Positions 1 through 9,152 of a stretch of DNA of 64,000 nucleotides are shown here, one piece after another. The notes under the pieces were generated by a model. That model ran no database searches. It saw only the letters and a program-made list of their open reading frames with translations, and had not been told where the DNA came from. Source of the DNA: an uncultured Methanosarcinales archaeon (GTDB taxonomy: Archaea > Nanobdellota > Nanobdellia > Woesearchaeales > GW2011-AR9); NCBI GenBank assembly GCA_964527395.1, contig CAZGQD010000003.1, forward strand, positions 29,124 to 93,123, read 5' to 3'. The stretch's first letter is position 1. Every line of letters begins with the position of its first letter. The position numbers and the translations under genes are program-made.

Positions 1-458
1 TCATCGTATCTTCCTATAAAATATTTTGAGATTAGGTTTTTGTTTGTTGCTGTTGCAAAGTTATTTAATTCGTTAGCAAGAGTTGCAGAAGCTAAGTGAT
101 AACTTGTTCCGTTTGATACTTCTTCTGCTTTCATAAAAGAAGATTCTCCATTTGGTCTTTCGAAGTTTGTTTCTGTTTTAAAATAGATGGTTTCTTCTAT
201 GTTTTCAAGAGGTCCATTGTGAGTAATTGTTGCTGACTTTGAAGGAGTTTGGTTGTGAGAGGTTAAATTAAAAGGATCAATATCAGAATCGTAAGTAGCT
301 AGAGTGATTAAATATGAAGAACTATTGTATGAACTTGAATTAATAAATCTGGTTTGTTCTTCTAAGAATGAATCTATTGAAGGTTTGCCTCTAGCTGTAT
401 GGATAATCTCTGTTGGAGCTTCAGTTTGTGTAGTTGTAGTAATTGTATCTAGGTCCAT
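1..458 (-). CDS. hypothetical protein, 3'-partial (runs off the window start)
   Basis: ATG at 458 (MDLDTITTTQ...); frame stays open to the window edge; A/C-rich codon style like other minus-strand genes. Confidence 0.55.
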   Translation of the reverse strand, partial: MDLDTITTTTQTEAPTEIIHTARGKPSIDSFLEEQTRFINSSSYNSSSYLITLATYDSDIDPFNLTSHNQTPSKSATITHNGPLENIEETIYFKTETNFERPNGESSFMKAEEVSNGTSYHLASATLANELNNFATATNKNLISKYFIGRYD

Positions 459-589
459 TTTTGGATTTTTTGATTGTAGTGATATATAAGAGTTACTCTT
501 CAGTACGGTTTTGTAGGGTTATTTTTTATTCAGAAAATTTAAAAGGGATAATTATTGTAGAAATAGTTTAAGGAAGTTGAGGTTTATTA

Positions 590-901
590 ATGGAATTGAA
601 AGAAAAACAAAAGGAAATTGACTCTTGGATTGCTGAGCATGGAGGATATTGGCCAACTTTGAGTATTTTTGCACGATTAGTAGAAGAAGTAGGAGAATTG
701 GGTCGAGAATTGAACCACGTCTATGGGATGAAAAAGCGAAAAAAAGAAGAGAAAATTAAGTCTATTGAAGATGAAATAGGAGATGTTTTGGTTACTACAA
801 TGATGCTTTCAAATTCATTGGATATTGATTTGGAAGATGTGTTTGATAAGACTTTATGTAAAATGAATGTAAGAGATTCAAATAGAACAAAGGAAAAATG
901 A
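590..901 (+). CDS. MazG-like NTP pyrophosphohydrolase (YpjD-like)
   Basis: Motifs GYW, ARLVEEVGEL and EDEIGDVL. Confidence 0.85.
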   Translation: MELKEKQKEIDSWIAEHGGYWPTLSIFARLVEEVGELGRELNHVYGMKKRKKEEKIKSIEDEIGDVLVTTMMLSNSLDIDLEDVFDKTLCKMNVRDSNRTKEK

Positions 902-960
902 TTATTTTGTGTTTTAATAGAGTGATTTTTTGTTTTTATTAATAAAAATGCTGTTTTTTG

Positions 961-1189
961 GTACGTATTAAGTTGGCTAATTTCGAGCAAAGCTCTCTTG
1001 ACTTAGTTCATACTTCACTAAGTTTGAGTGTGCTTAGAAAATTAGCACTGCGGCACGGCCATACTCTGATTTGCAATAAAAATTAGGAAAATCCTGCGGA
1101 TTTTGTGTTTAAAATGAAAATTGCAAATCAGTGGCCTCGATGGGCGGCAGTGCTAATTCTCTATATTTTATAGCCAACTTAATACGTAC
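961..1189. mobile_element. MITE family E (229 bp)
   Basis: Perfect 19-bp TIR GTACGTATTAAGTTGGCTA; 8-bp direct repeat GTTTTTTG at 953-960 and 1190-1197; nested internal inverted repeats. Confidence 0.85.
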
Positions 1190-1236
1190 GTTTTTTGGTC
1201 ATTATATTTATAAAAAGGCCATTTGGCTTTATTTTT

Positions 1237-1983
1237 ATGGATTTTGCAATAATTGCTCCAATAAATGTAATGAGAGAAGTAGCTTCTTTGTCAAGAACTT
1301 CAATGTATCTTTATCATTTGTTTAGAAACCAAGATTATGCAGCTTGCTATGGAGCAGATGGGAATTATCGAATTCTTGATAGTGGTGTGTTTGAGTTAGG
1401 AAGATTGCCTACAGGAAGAGATTATGCCAGAAGAATTGTTGAAATTTCACCAGATGAAATAGTAGCTCCAGATATAGTACATGATTCTAGAAGAACTTTG
1501 GAGTTGACTGATGAGTTTGCAAGAAGATATGCTTCTGAGTTTGATGGAATTAAAATTCAAGGAGTAGTTCAAGCTAGTAGTATAAATGGAGCTATAGATT
1601 GCTATAGGGCTCTAGTAGAAAATCCTTTAATTGATGTAATCGGTTTGCCTTCACGAATGGGTTTTGAATATAAAGGTAGAAGAGTTGGAAGAAGAGATTT
1701 AGTTAAAGTTCTCTTAGATAGGGGTTTGTTAGGAGATAAGGAAATTCATTTATTAGGTTTAAGAGATTTTGAAGATGTTTATTCTTTTAGGATGGTTTCA
1801 GTTGTTAGGTCTTGTGATACTAGTAAATTCTATAAAGATGCAAATGCAGGAATTTCTTATAGGGGAGGAGTTGCTAGGAGTAACTTAGGACAAAGGTTAG
1901 ATTTTAGTGCTGTTAGTGGTAGTGGTTGTTTAGAATTGCTTGAAGATAATATGGATGTTTTAAGGCAGATGATGGAGGAGTGA
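1237..1983 (+). CDS. TIM-barrel protein resembling the TGT/DpdA transglycosylase fold
   Basis: Motifs ILDSGVF, APD, GVVQ, IHLLG and SCDTS in the order seen in TGT-like enzymes; start moved to ATG 1237 after a TATA-like TTTATAAA. Confidence 0.5.
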   Translation: MDFAIIAPINVMREVASLSRTSMYLYHLFRNQDYAACYGADGNYRILDSGVFELGRLPTGRDYARRIVEISPDEIVAPDIVHDSRRTLELTDEFARRYASEFDGIKIQGVVQASSINGAIDCYRALVENPLIDVIGLPSRMGFEYKGRRVGRRDLVKVLLDRGLLGDKEIHLLGLRDFEDVYSFRMVSVVRSCDTSKFYKDANAGISYRGGVARSNLGQRLDFSAVSGSGCLELLEDNMDVLRQMMEE

Positions 1984-1986
1984 TTA

Positions 1987-2985
1987 TTAATCTTGAGAGA
2001 GATATTTTAAGTATATTTGGAAGAATTTTTTATATGTATTGTTGTATTTTTCTATGATGAATCCGTGCAATTTGTCTTTGTGTTTATTATCAAAGGCTTC
2101 TAAAGCAGCAAAATAGGCTATTCTTTGAGTTTTTCTGATAATTAATGGAGGAAAGTTGTTTCTTAGTAGGATAAGATTGATTAAAAGTCGACCAGTTCTA
2201 CCATTACCATCAGAAAAAGGATGAATCTTTTCAAAAGTTGCATGGAAATTAGCTGCAATTTGTAATGGGTGGAGAGGATTGATTTTGTTTAGTTTGTTTG
2301 TTTCTAATGAGTTGATTAGTTTTTGCATCTCTTTTTTTACTTTTTCAGGAGGAGTTGTTTTTACTTTTCTCCCTAGAAGGAAATTAGGGAGTGTTTTGTA
2401 GTTTGGCTCTATTCCAGTGTTTTTTGTGAGGATTTTGTGAAGTTTGATGATAGATTCTTCTGTAATTTTTGGTTTTTTCTCGAAAATCCAGGTAATTGCT
2501 TCTTTTGTGTTGATAGTTTCGTGAATTTCTCTTAGATTCTTGTTTTTTGGGCTGATATTTTCAGTTATTAAGAAGGTAACGTCCTTTAAAGTAAGGGAGT
2601 TGCCTTCTAAAGCGTTCGATTCGTAAGTGAAATTTACTGTGAATCTGTCGATTATGTCTTGTTTTTGCTTAGTTGTGAGATTTTTAGTTAAGAATTTGTA
2701 ATCTTGGCGGATTTTTTCTAGCTTTTGTATCCTTTCTTTTGAAAAAATATGGTTAGTTTTGTAATAACTTGAAGCAGATTGCATGTAAGCTTGTTCAATT
2801 CTTTCTTTTATTTGGAAATTTGCTTGTTTTAATTGGTTGTTTTTGTTTGTTTCTTTATATGAAATAGGCTTGTGACTCTTTAAGTAGATAGAAATCTTTT
2901 TTACTTTGCCATCTATGGTTCTTATTGATTTTTCTAAGTAATATCTGGTTTTGTTATTGATTATTTTGGCTCTAATGAAGGACAT
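1987..2985 (-). CDS. Fic family protein
   Basis: HPFSDGNGRTGR Fic motif; TYESNALEGN. Confidence 0.9.
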   Translation of the reverse strand: MSFIRAKIINNKTRYYLEKSIRTIDGKVKKISIYLKSHKPISYKETNKNNQLKQANFQIKERIEQAYMQSASSYYKTNHIFSKERIQKLEKIRQDYKFLTKNLTTKQKQDIIDRFTVNFTYESNALEGNSLTLKDVTFLITENISPKNKNLREIHETINTKEAITWIFEKKPKITEESIIKLHKILTKNTGIEPNYKTLPNFLLGRKVKTTPPEKVKKEMQKLINSLETNKLNKINPLHPLQIAANFHATFEKIHPFSDGNGRTGRLLINLILLRNNFPPLIIRKTQRIAYFAALEAFDNKHKDKLHGFIIEKYNNTYKKFFQIYLKYLSQD

Positions 2986-3077
2986 AGTTATTTTTACCCC
3001 TACTTTTTTATAAGTTTATTGGTTTTGTAGGGTTATTTCCTGTGTTTTGTTTCTTGATTTCGAAAGTAGTTGAAGCT

Positions 3078-3458
3078 ATGAGAGATGATTTAACAAGAAA
3101 GATAAAGGATCTTGAAAATGAGGTTAAGATAGGAGAAGGTTTGATTAGAGATCAAAAAGTAGTTGTAGAGCAAGTTGCTGCTGATTTAAATAGAAGTCGA
3201 TTAATTGGATATGGATTAAGAGCTTTAAGTGCAGTTTTTTTTTTGACTGGTATGCTTGGGCTTTTAGGGATAGAGTATAATAATAGACAAAGAGACTTTG
3301 TTTCAAGTATTGCAAGTTATGATAGATGTCTTGAAGTAGTGGATTCAATGCAGGAAGAAGGTCTTGTAATGGATGGGAACTATGAGCCTTTGAGAAGTAT
3401 ATGTGGAGATAAGAGGTCATATGCTCCGTTACCAAGTAAATTACGTCAACTTTATTGA
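3078..3458 (+). CDS. hypothetical membrane protein
   Basis: ORF with a coiled-coil-like stretch and one hydrophobic segment. Confidence 0.5.
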   Translation: MRDDLTRKIKDLENEVKIGEGLIRDQKVVVEQVAADLNRSRLIGYGLRALSAVFFLTGMLGLLGIEYNNRQRDFVSSIASYDRCLEVVDSMQEEGLVMDGNYEPLRSICGDKRSYAPLPSKLRQLY

Positions 3459-3459
3459 G

Positions 3460-6400
3460 TTAATCCAAATCTTTAATACTCTTTAGAATGTCATCGGCTT
3501 TGCCTTTCTTTTCTTTTACTGCAGTTGGGCTTGAACCGCCGTGCCAAGTGAACCTTGGACGCATTTGGATTGGGAAAAGACGTTCGTTGTTATCATCGAA
3601 AAGGATTGCTGCTCCTTTTTGTCTTGGAAGATTGTTTAATTCTACATCAAGACCAGTTCGCATATAACTTTGCATCAGAAGTCCTAGGGCCTCAACATCC
3701 ATTTTAGCTGTAAGTCTGTGGCTTAGGACAATGTCAGATTGAGTCATTACGTCAGTGTGGATCTTTCCTGGCTGTTGTGTTGCTAGTATGAGGGAGATAC
3801 CTGGTTGGCGACCTTCTCTTAAGATTGTGATTAATGGGTCACTTGCAGCAGTTTTACCTTCTCTAGGGAGGAGTTCGTGGCAATTGTGTGCAATTACGCC
3901 ATTTGCTATGAAATTGTGGTTTTGATTTACAGTGATATCGAAGAGTGGTTCAGCTGATTTTGTGGTTCTTTTTTGAATTTTTTCGTAAAAGATATTGTTT
4001 TTTAGTCTTTCTTTAATCCATTTGTCGAAGTTTGGAAAGGATTGGGGCATAGAAACACCACTATTTTTATAAATCCAATCTCTTACTTGGTAACTAGGAA
4101 TATTTAGTTCTTTTGCTATTTTTATTTTTCCCCAGCCAGTTTTTTCTCTGATTTGGAAAGCTTTTTTTCTTAAGTTTTCTCTTTGATTTAAGACGTATTT
4201 TCTGGCTTTAAGGTATTCTAACCATAAAAATCCTGTTTTTTGTTTGATTGAGCAATATCTGTAGCCAACTTTTTCTAAGTATTTTATGGTGTTGTCTACG
4301 CTTTTTGCTAAGGTTATGACTAGTTTAATTGATTTAGTTCCATCTTTTCTGATATTGCCTCTTCTTTGTTTGATTTGGCTGACTTTGATATTAAGGTCTG
4401 AGAAGAGTTTTTTAAGTTGATCAGTGTATTCAACTCCGTTTTCTGTTAGTTCTATGTGTTTATTGCATGAGAATCTGATTGGATTAAAGTCTCCACCCCA
4501 TGTTTTTGATTGTGAAGGAGCCATGCCGTCTGCTCCGAATAATGCTGCTAAAAATTCTGCTTTTTCTTCTTTTGAAGCTTTAGTTAACCATTTTGGAATT
4601 AGCATTTTGATGTTTGTTTTGCTTCCAACTGGAGCCCCTAATTTTTTGAAGTAGTCAAAAGTTTTAGCACTGGCGTTTATTGAGTGACTAGTTCCGTTTA
4701 CTGTTGCAGTTTTTCCTGAGACGTGGGTGATTTTAGAGCTTGTTTTTCTAGAATAGATGTTTGATGAAGTGAAACCTAGTGTTTTTAGGTCTTTTTTGAT
4801 CAAAAGTAGGTCATTTTTGTTTGATTTTCCACTAAAACCAACTTGTTTTGGATTATTACTTAGCCATCCATCTCCGAAAATGTGGCCTAGTAATCTTGCT
4901 CTGATTAGTTTTTTGTCTTGTTTATTTGGGATATTTGTAGGGATTGCAAGTTCTTTAGCATCTTTAGTTTCTTGGAAACCTTTTTTTGTGAATAGTTTGT
5001 GGTCTTCTGTGCATTTTATCTTTCTTCCAGTTTCAGTTGTTAGTTCTATTAGTTGTCTTTTTGGTTTTTTGTAGCTTTTAGTGATATTTTGGAATTCGAA
5101 GTCTTTTGTTTTTTGATTATAGCTCCAGGCTTTTAGTTTTTCTTTATTTTCTACTTTTTTTGTGATTTGTTTTATTGTTAATGTGCCTTGATCTGTAATA
5201 ATTGGGGTGTTTGCAGGGAAACATTCATCTATTGCGAGCCAAACCAAAGGGTCTTGTTGTTTTTCTTTTGTTTCTTTACTAAAATAATGCATTGCTTTGT
5301 CAACACTTTGGAATTCTTCAGATTTTCTGGAAAGCATTCTTTCTTGGAAGAGACGTTTACAGACGAGGCCAGCTACCATGGCTTTAATTTCCCAACCAGA
5401 AGGCATGGTTGCGTATGGACTTACATCTAAAACTGTTACCTGACCACCTTTAACAATGTCTTTTAATGGAGTTCCGTCTTTAGAGAATATTTTCCAGCCT
5501 TTGGCTTTTTCAAATGTGTTAATTACAACAGATTTAGTCACTTTTTGCGCTTCTTTGTCTGCTTTTGTTTGTTCTATTAGGTAATCTATTTCATAAGGTT
5601 CACCTTTATTGTTGGTGTTTAGAACTATTTTGCTGATAAGAACTCCTTCTGCAGTGTTTGATTCAATTTTGAAGGTTTCTAGCCAATCTTCTGGACCAAC
5701 GTCTAAAGGGCTGATTGAGAAAGGAAAGTCAGTAGGAATGCCTTCCTCTTTGTATTTGTAATAGAATCCTGATGGTGTGTAGATTTTCACATCTAGTGAT
5801 TTAGGGTCGAATCCCCATTTTTTAAGGAGTGGGGCATCTTGGTAATTTGGATATTTCATTGTCCAGTAAATACCCATTGTATCGAAAAGGACAATTGAGA
5901 GGTTTTGCTTTACTTCTTTTGGAAGGTCAGCTAAACCTTCAGCGATGGAACCCATGGTGTATGAGTTGTGGACTATAATGTTGTTTGCGATGAAGTTGTG
6001 AGTGTTTGGAACAGTTAAGTCGTATACTTCAAAATTTCCTTCTAAAAGTTCTATTTTGGTGATTTGGTCCCAGATTGCTTCTGAGTTTTGTTTTGATTCT
6101 TTTGGAACTGCAATTTGAGTTTGAATTGGAAGAGTTTGAGCAGCTTGCCAACCTTTTTTTGTTAGAAGTGGGTGCTCAGGAGTTAATTTTATTTGTTTAT
6201 TTGATTTTAGAGTAAGTTTTAGAAGAGTTTTAACTTCTCTTTGATAGAAATGAGTGAAAACAGTTGGGGTGATTTGGTTGTTTTTGTTTAGAGTGAGGAT
6301 TTTTGTTTTGTTTTCTTGGCCTTCTAAATTTTTGATTTTTACTTGTTCTCCACTGTCTAGTTGGATTAAAGTGTCACCATGAAGGCATTTTCCGCTACCT

Positions 6401-6573
6401 CTTTTCCCGCAAAGAAAGATTACGTGGGCTCCTGCAACGTCTAAATAAACTGGATTAGAAAGAGCAGTGGTTTGACCCATCTTTACGAACTGTTTTGCTA
6501 TGAAAATAGTTCCTCTTTTACCGTATTTTTTTACGTCATGTTTACTTCGTCCAATGATCACATCAAAAGCCAT
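3460..6573 (-). CDS. HerA/FtsK-like (DUF87-type) P-loop ATPase with two inteins
   Basis: Walker A GKRGSGK|S, Walker B WLAIDE|CH, REGR, ATQQP; spliced extein about 449 aa. Confidence 0.85.
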   Translation of the reverse strand: MAFDVIIGRSKHDVKKYGKRGTIFIAKQFVKMGQTTALSNPVYLDVAGAHVIFLCGKRGSGKCLHGDTLIQLDSGEQVKIKNLEGQENKTKILTLNKNNQITPTVFTHFYQREVKTLLKLTLKSNKQIKLTPEHPLLTKKGWQAAQTLPIQTQIAVPKESKQNSEAIWDQITKIELLEGNFEVYDLTVPNTHNFIANNIIVHNSYTMGSIAEGLADLPKEVKQNLSIVLFDTMGIYWTMKYPNYQDAPLLKKWGFDPKSLDVKIYTPSGFYYKYKEEGIPTDFPFSISPLDVGPEDWLETFKIESNTAEGVLISKIVLNTNNKGEPYEIDYLIEQTKADKEAQKVTKSVVINTFEKAKGWKIFSKDGTPLKDIVKGGQVTVLDVSPYATMPSGWEIKAMVAGLVCKRLFQERMLSRKSEEFQSVDKAMHYFSKETKEKQQDPLVWLAIDECFPANTPIITDQGTLTIKQITKKVENKEKLKAWSYNQKTKDFEFQNITKSYKKPKRQLIELTTETGRKIKCTEDHKLFTKKGFQETKDAKELAIPTNIPNKQDKKLIRARLLGHIFGDGWLSNNPKQVGFSGKSNKNDLLLIKKDLKTLGFTSSNIYSRKTSSKITHVSGKTATVNGTSHSINASAKTFDYFKKLGAPVGSKTNIKMLIPKWLTKASKEEKAEFLAALFGADGMAPSQSKTWGGDFNPIRFSCNKHIELTENGVEYTDQLKKLFSDLNIKVSQIKQRRGNIRKDGTKSIKLVITLAKSVDNTIKYLEKVGYRYCSIKQKTGFLWLEYLKARKYVLNQRENLRKKAFQIREKTGWGKIKIAKELNIPSYQVRDWIYKNSGVSMPQSFPNFDKWIKERLKNNIFYEKIQKRTTKSAEPLFDITVNQNHNFIANGVIAHNCHELLPREGKTAASDPLITILREGRQPGISLILATQQPGKIHTDVMTQSDIVLSHRLTAKMDVEALGLLMQSYMRTGLDVELNNLPRQKGAAILFDDNNERLFPIQMRPRFTWHGGSSPTAVKEKKGKADDILKSIKDLD
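3883..5223 (-). mobile_element. intein with LAGLIDADG endonuclease (447 aa) in Walker B
   Basis: Starts CFPANT, block B CTEDHKL, LLGHIFGDG and FLAALFGADG, ends IAHN followed by Cys. Confidence 0.9.
5965..6387 (-). mobile_element. mini-intein (141 aa) in Walker A
   Basis: Starts CLHGDT, block B LTPEHP, VYDLTV, ends IIVHN followed by Ser. Confidence 0.9.
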
Positions 6574-6657
6574 AGTAGTTTTAGAGTTTCTTTTGATATA
6601 AAAGTTGCTAGGGTGGAGAAGGCAAAAGAATAAATATGTGGTTTTAGTTTATAGTTT

Positions 6658-7926
6658 ATGGGACTTAGATTTAATGTTTTGATTGTGTTTACTTTTACTG
6701 TTTTATTATTAGTAGGCTGTAGTGTTGAAGGGCCTGGTGATGATGATCGTCGTGGTGGTCATGAAGGGCCTAATCCTGAATATCTTGATTCTGAAGATGA
6801 TTCTAATGGTGCAGGAGATTCTGGTGGTCCTGATTTGGATGTTGAGGTGTTGCCTTTTCCACAAATAGATGCTAGTTATGTGACTTTTGCTGCTGCTGAA
6901 GGGACTTATGCTTATGATGGAAAAACTCCTGTTTATGTTACTTTTAATTCTCATAATGAAGATTCTTGGGGAAGTGTAGTTGGAAATGAGCAGGCTTATA
7001 CTTCTTATCGTAGGAATTTAGTTGAGAAACTTAAATTGATCTCTGAGAATGGTGCTAAGTTGCATTGGCAAACAGATACAGTTGTGTTGGAGGCTATGGC
7101 AGAGTTTGAAGATAGTATAGATAATGGTGATACAAATGGAAAGCATATTTTGAAGTATATATCTGAAGATCTTGGTTTTAGTATTGATCCTCATTCCCAT
7201 TCTACTTTGCTTTCTGATGTGGCTTATTTAATTGAAGAGGAAGGTGTTTCTTCTTCAAGTGTAGTTGGGGGAGTACTTGCTTTTGAGTGTGAAGATAATG
7301 GGGAATTGGAAGGTTCTTTTTCAGGAAGTGATTGGTATGATGAGTTGTTTTTGTCTGGTGATGGTTTGATTAGTGGAGGAGAGTATGATTATAGTTGGGA
7401 ACCTTCAATTTTGTCTGGAGCTGGAATGGGTGGACATTTTTATGATGATTTTTCTAGTGGAATATGGAAGCCAGGTAATGAAGATGATTTTTATGAGCAT
7501 GATTCAAGAAATGATTTGGTTCATATAGGAACTGGATATTCTTCTGATAAAGCTAATGTTGGGAATTTACTGGCTAGTGGAGCAGTAGTGTATTATGAAA
7601 ATGGAGGTTATGTTAGGGAACTTGCTTCAATGATTGAAAGTGGGAAAGTTCCTAGTGGGAAAATGTATACTGCTACAATTCATTTGAGAGATTTGCCAAC
7701 TGTTCGTGTAAAAGATGGGTCAGTTGTAGATACCTTGGAAGGGTTATCTTTGATTTTAGGGGAGCTAGAGCCTTTAGTTTCTGATGGACTTGTAGAATAT
7801 GTGCTTTATGATGAAGCAGTTTCTATTTGGGAAGGTTCGTATGGGGCTGAAGCTAATATATTGCCGTTTAGTCAGTTCAGTATGTATGATTCTGTGTTAG
7901 AGCAGGCTAAGGGGAGGTGTCGGTGA
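6658..7926 (+). CDS. acidic lipoprotein, possible NodB/deacetylase-like fold
   Basis: Lipobox LVGC; HNED and DPHSH motifs. Confidence 0.5.
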   Translation: MGLRFNVLIVFTFTVLLLVGCSVEGPGDDDRRGGHEGPNPEYLDSEDDSNGAGDSGGPDLDVEVLPFPQIDASYVTFAAAEGTYAYDGKTPVYVTFNSHNEDSWGSVVGNEQAYTSYRRNLVEKLKLISENGAKLHWQTDTVVLEAMAEFEDSIDNGDTNGKHILKYISEDLGFSIDPHSHSTLLSDVAYLIEEEGVSSSSVVGGVLAFECEDNGELEGSFSGSDWYDELFLSGDGLISGGEYDYSWEPSILSGAGMGGHFYDDFSSGIWKPGNEDDFYEHDSRNDLVHIGTGYSSDKANVGNLLASGAVVYYENGGYVRELASMIESGKVPSGKMYTATIHLRDLPTVRVKDGSVVDTLEGLSLILGELEPLVSDGLVEYVLYDEAVSIWEGSYGAEANILPFSQFSMYDSVLEQAKGRCR

Positions 7927-7956
7927 GTGGTTTTTTTTAATATTTTTTAGAAAAAG

Positions 7957-9084
7957 TTACTTTTGAAGATTTTGCATGAAAGCAATTTTGTTTTCGATAG
8001 GAGTTTTTGTTGGACGTCCTAAATCTTTTCTAGCACCTTTGTTAACAAGGATTTCTAGGAAAACTGGACCTTTCATATCTTTAATTTGGTTCAAATACTT
8101 GATTATTTGATTAGAGTCTTGTGCTTTGAAGGCTGTTTTGTAACCTGAAGCTAGAGCAATTTGGGGAAAATTGATCTCGTGAGCTACTGTAGGTTGGCCG
8201 CCAACAGAATCATGAGCGCCATTGTTAAAGATAATATGAATAAAATTTTCTGGAGCTAAGTCAGCAATGATTGGGAAAGAACCCATGTGCATGATTGCTG
8301 CTCCATCACCATCAAAACAATAAATTTTTTTGTTTGGTTTAGTTAGAGCAATTCCAAGCGCAATTGAGGAGGCATGACCCATACAACCAATTGTTAAGAA
8401 GTCTCTGTGATGGCCAGAGTTTGTTGCAACTCTATGCTCGAAAAGTTCTCGTGACGTTTTTCCTGTGGTTGAAACAATTATCGCTTCGTTGCCAATATGG
8501 TCTGAAACTAATTTAACTGCGTCTTCTCTGCTTAATTCGAAATTTGTGTTGGTGTTGTTTTGTAATTTGTATGCTTCGAATGTGTTTTTTTTGATAACTA
8601 AAGCGTAAGGAGAATTGTTTGTTCTCATGAACTCTTTTGCTTTTTGAATAGTTTCGTTGATGTTTTGACTTTCTGAGTGGATTATAGAGTAAGGTATTCC
8701 TAAGAGTTCTAATTGTTGTTGAGTAATTTCACCCATTTTTTTATGTTGAGGTTCATCTTTTACGCCAGGTTCGCCTCTCCAACCTACGATTAAGAGTGCT
8801 GGGATTGAATATGCTTGAGGATCTGTTAATGATGTAGTTGGATTAACTATGTTTCCTAAGCCAGAATTTTGCATGTAGACTACTGCAGGGTTGTTTGTTG
8901 CTAGGAAGTGACCTGCAGCCATGCCAAGAGCGTTTCCTTCATTTGCAGTAATTACGTTTTGTTTAGGATTAGTATTATCAGTAATATAAGCACAAATTGC
9001 TTTTAGAAGAGAATCAGGGACTCCGAAAAAGGTGTCAAATCTGTGATTTTTTAGAGTATTGTAAAAGATTTCAGGTTTTATCAT
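7957..9084 (-). CDS. aepY: phosphonopyruvate decarboxylase
   Basis: GVPDSLL, ANEGNA, MQNSGLGN, DEPQH and ThDP motif GDG...NNG.HDSVGGQPT. Confidence 0.92.
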   Translation of the reverse strand: MIKPEIFYNTLKNHRFDTFFGVPDSLLKAICAYITDNTNPKQNVITANEGNALGMAAGHFLATNNPAVVYMQNSGLGNIVNPTTSLTDPQAYSIPALLIVGWRGEPGVKDEPQHKKMGEITQQQLELLGIPYSIIHSESQNINETIQKAKEFMRTNNSPYALVIKKNTFEAYKLQNNTNTNFELSREDAVKLVSDHIGNEAIIVSTTGKTSRELFEHRVATNSGHHRDFLTIGCMGHASSIALGIALTKPNKKIYCFDGDGAAIMHMGSFPIIADLAPENFIHIIFNNGAHDSVGGQPTVAHEINFPQIALASGYKTAFKAQDSNQIIKYLNQIKDMKGPVFLEILVNKGARKDLGRPTKTPIENKIAFMQNLQK

Positions 9085-9152
9085 TTTCTTGATAAGGTAT
9101 TCTAATATTGCCTTTTTAAAGTTTATTTAAGTAGGTTCTTTTTGAAAAGAGG

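Noticed and set aside
304..489. 61-aa plus-strand ORF
   Set aside because: Antisense to a longer minus-strand frame that runs off the window edge.
509..3040. TTTTGTAGGGTT repeat as att sites around the MazG-to-Fic block
   Set aside because: Only about 12 bp in G/T-rich DNA and no integrase; could be chance.
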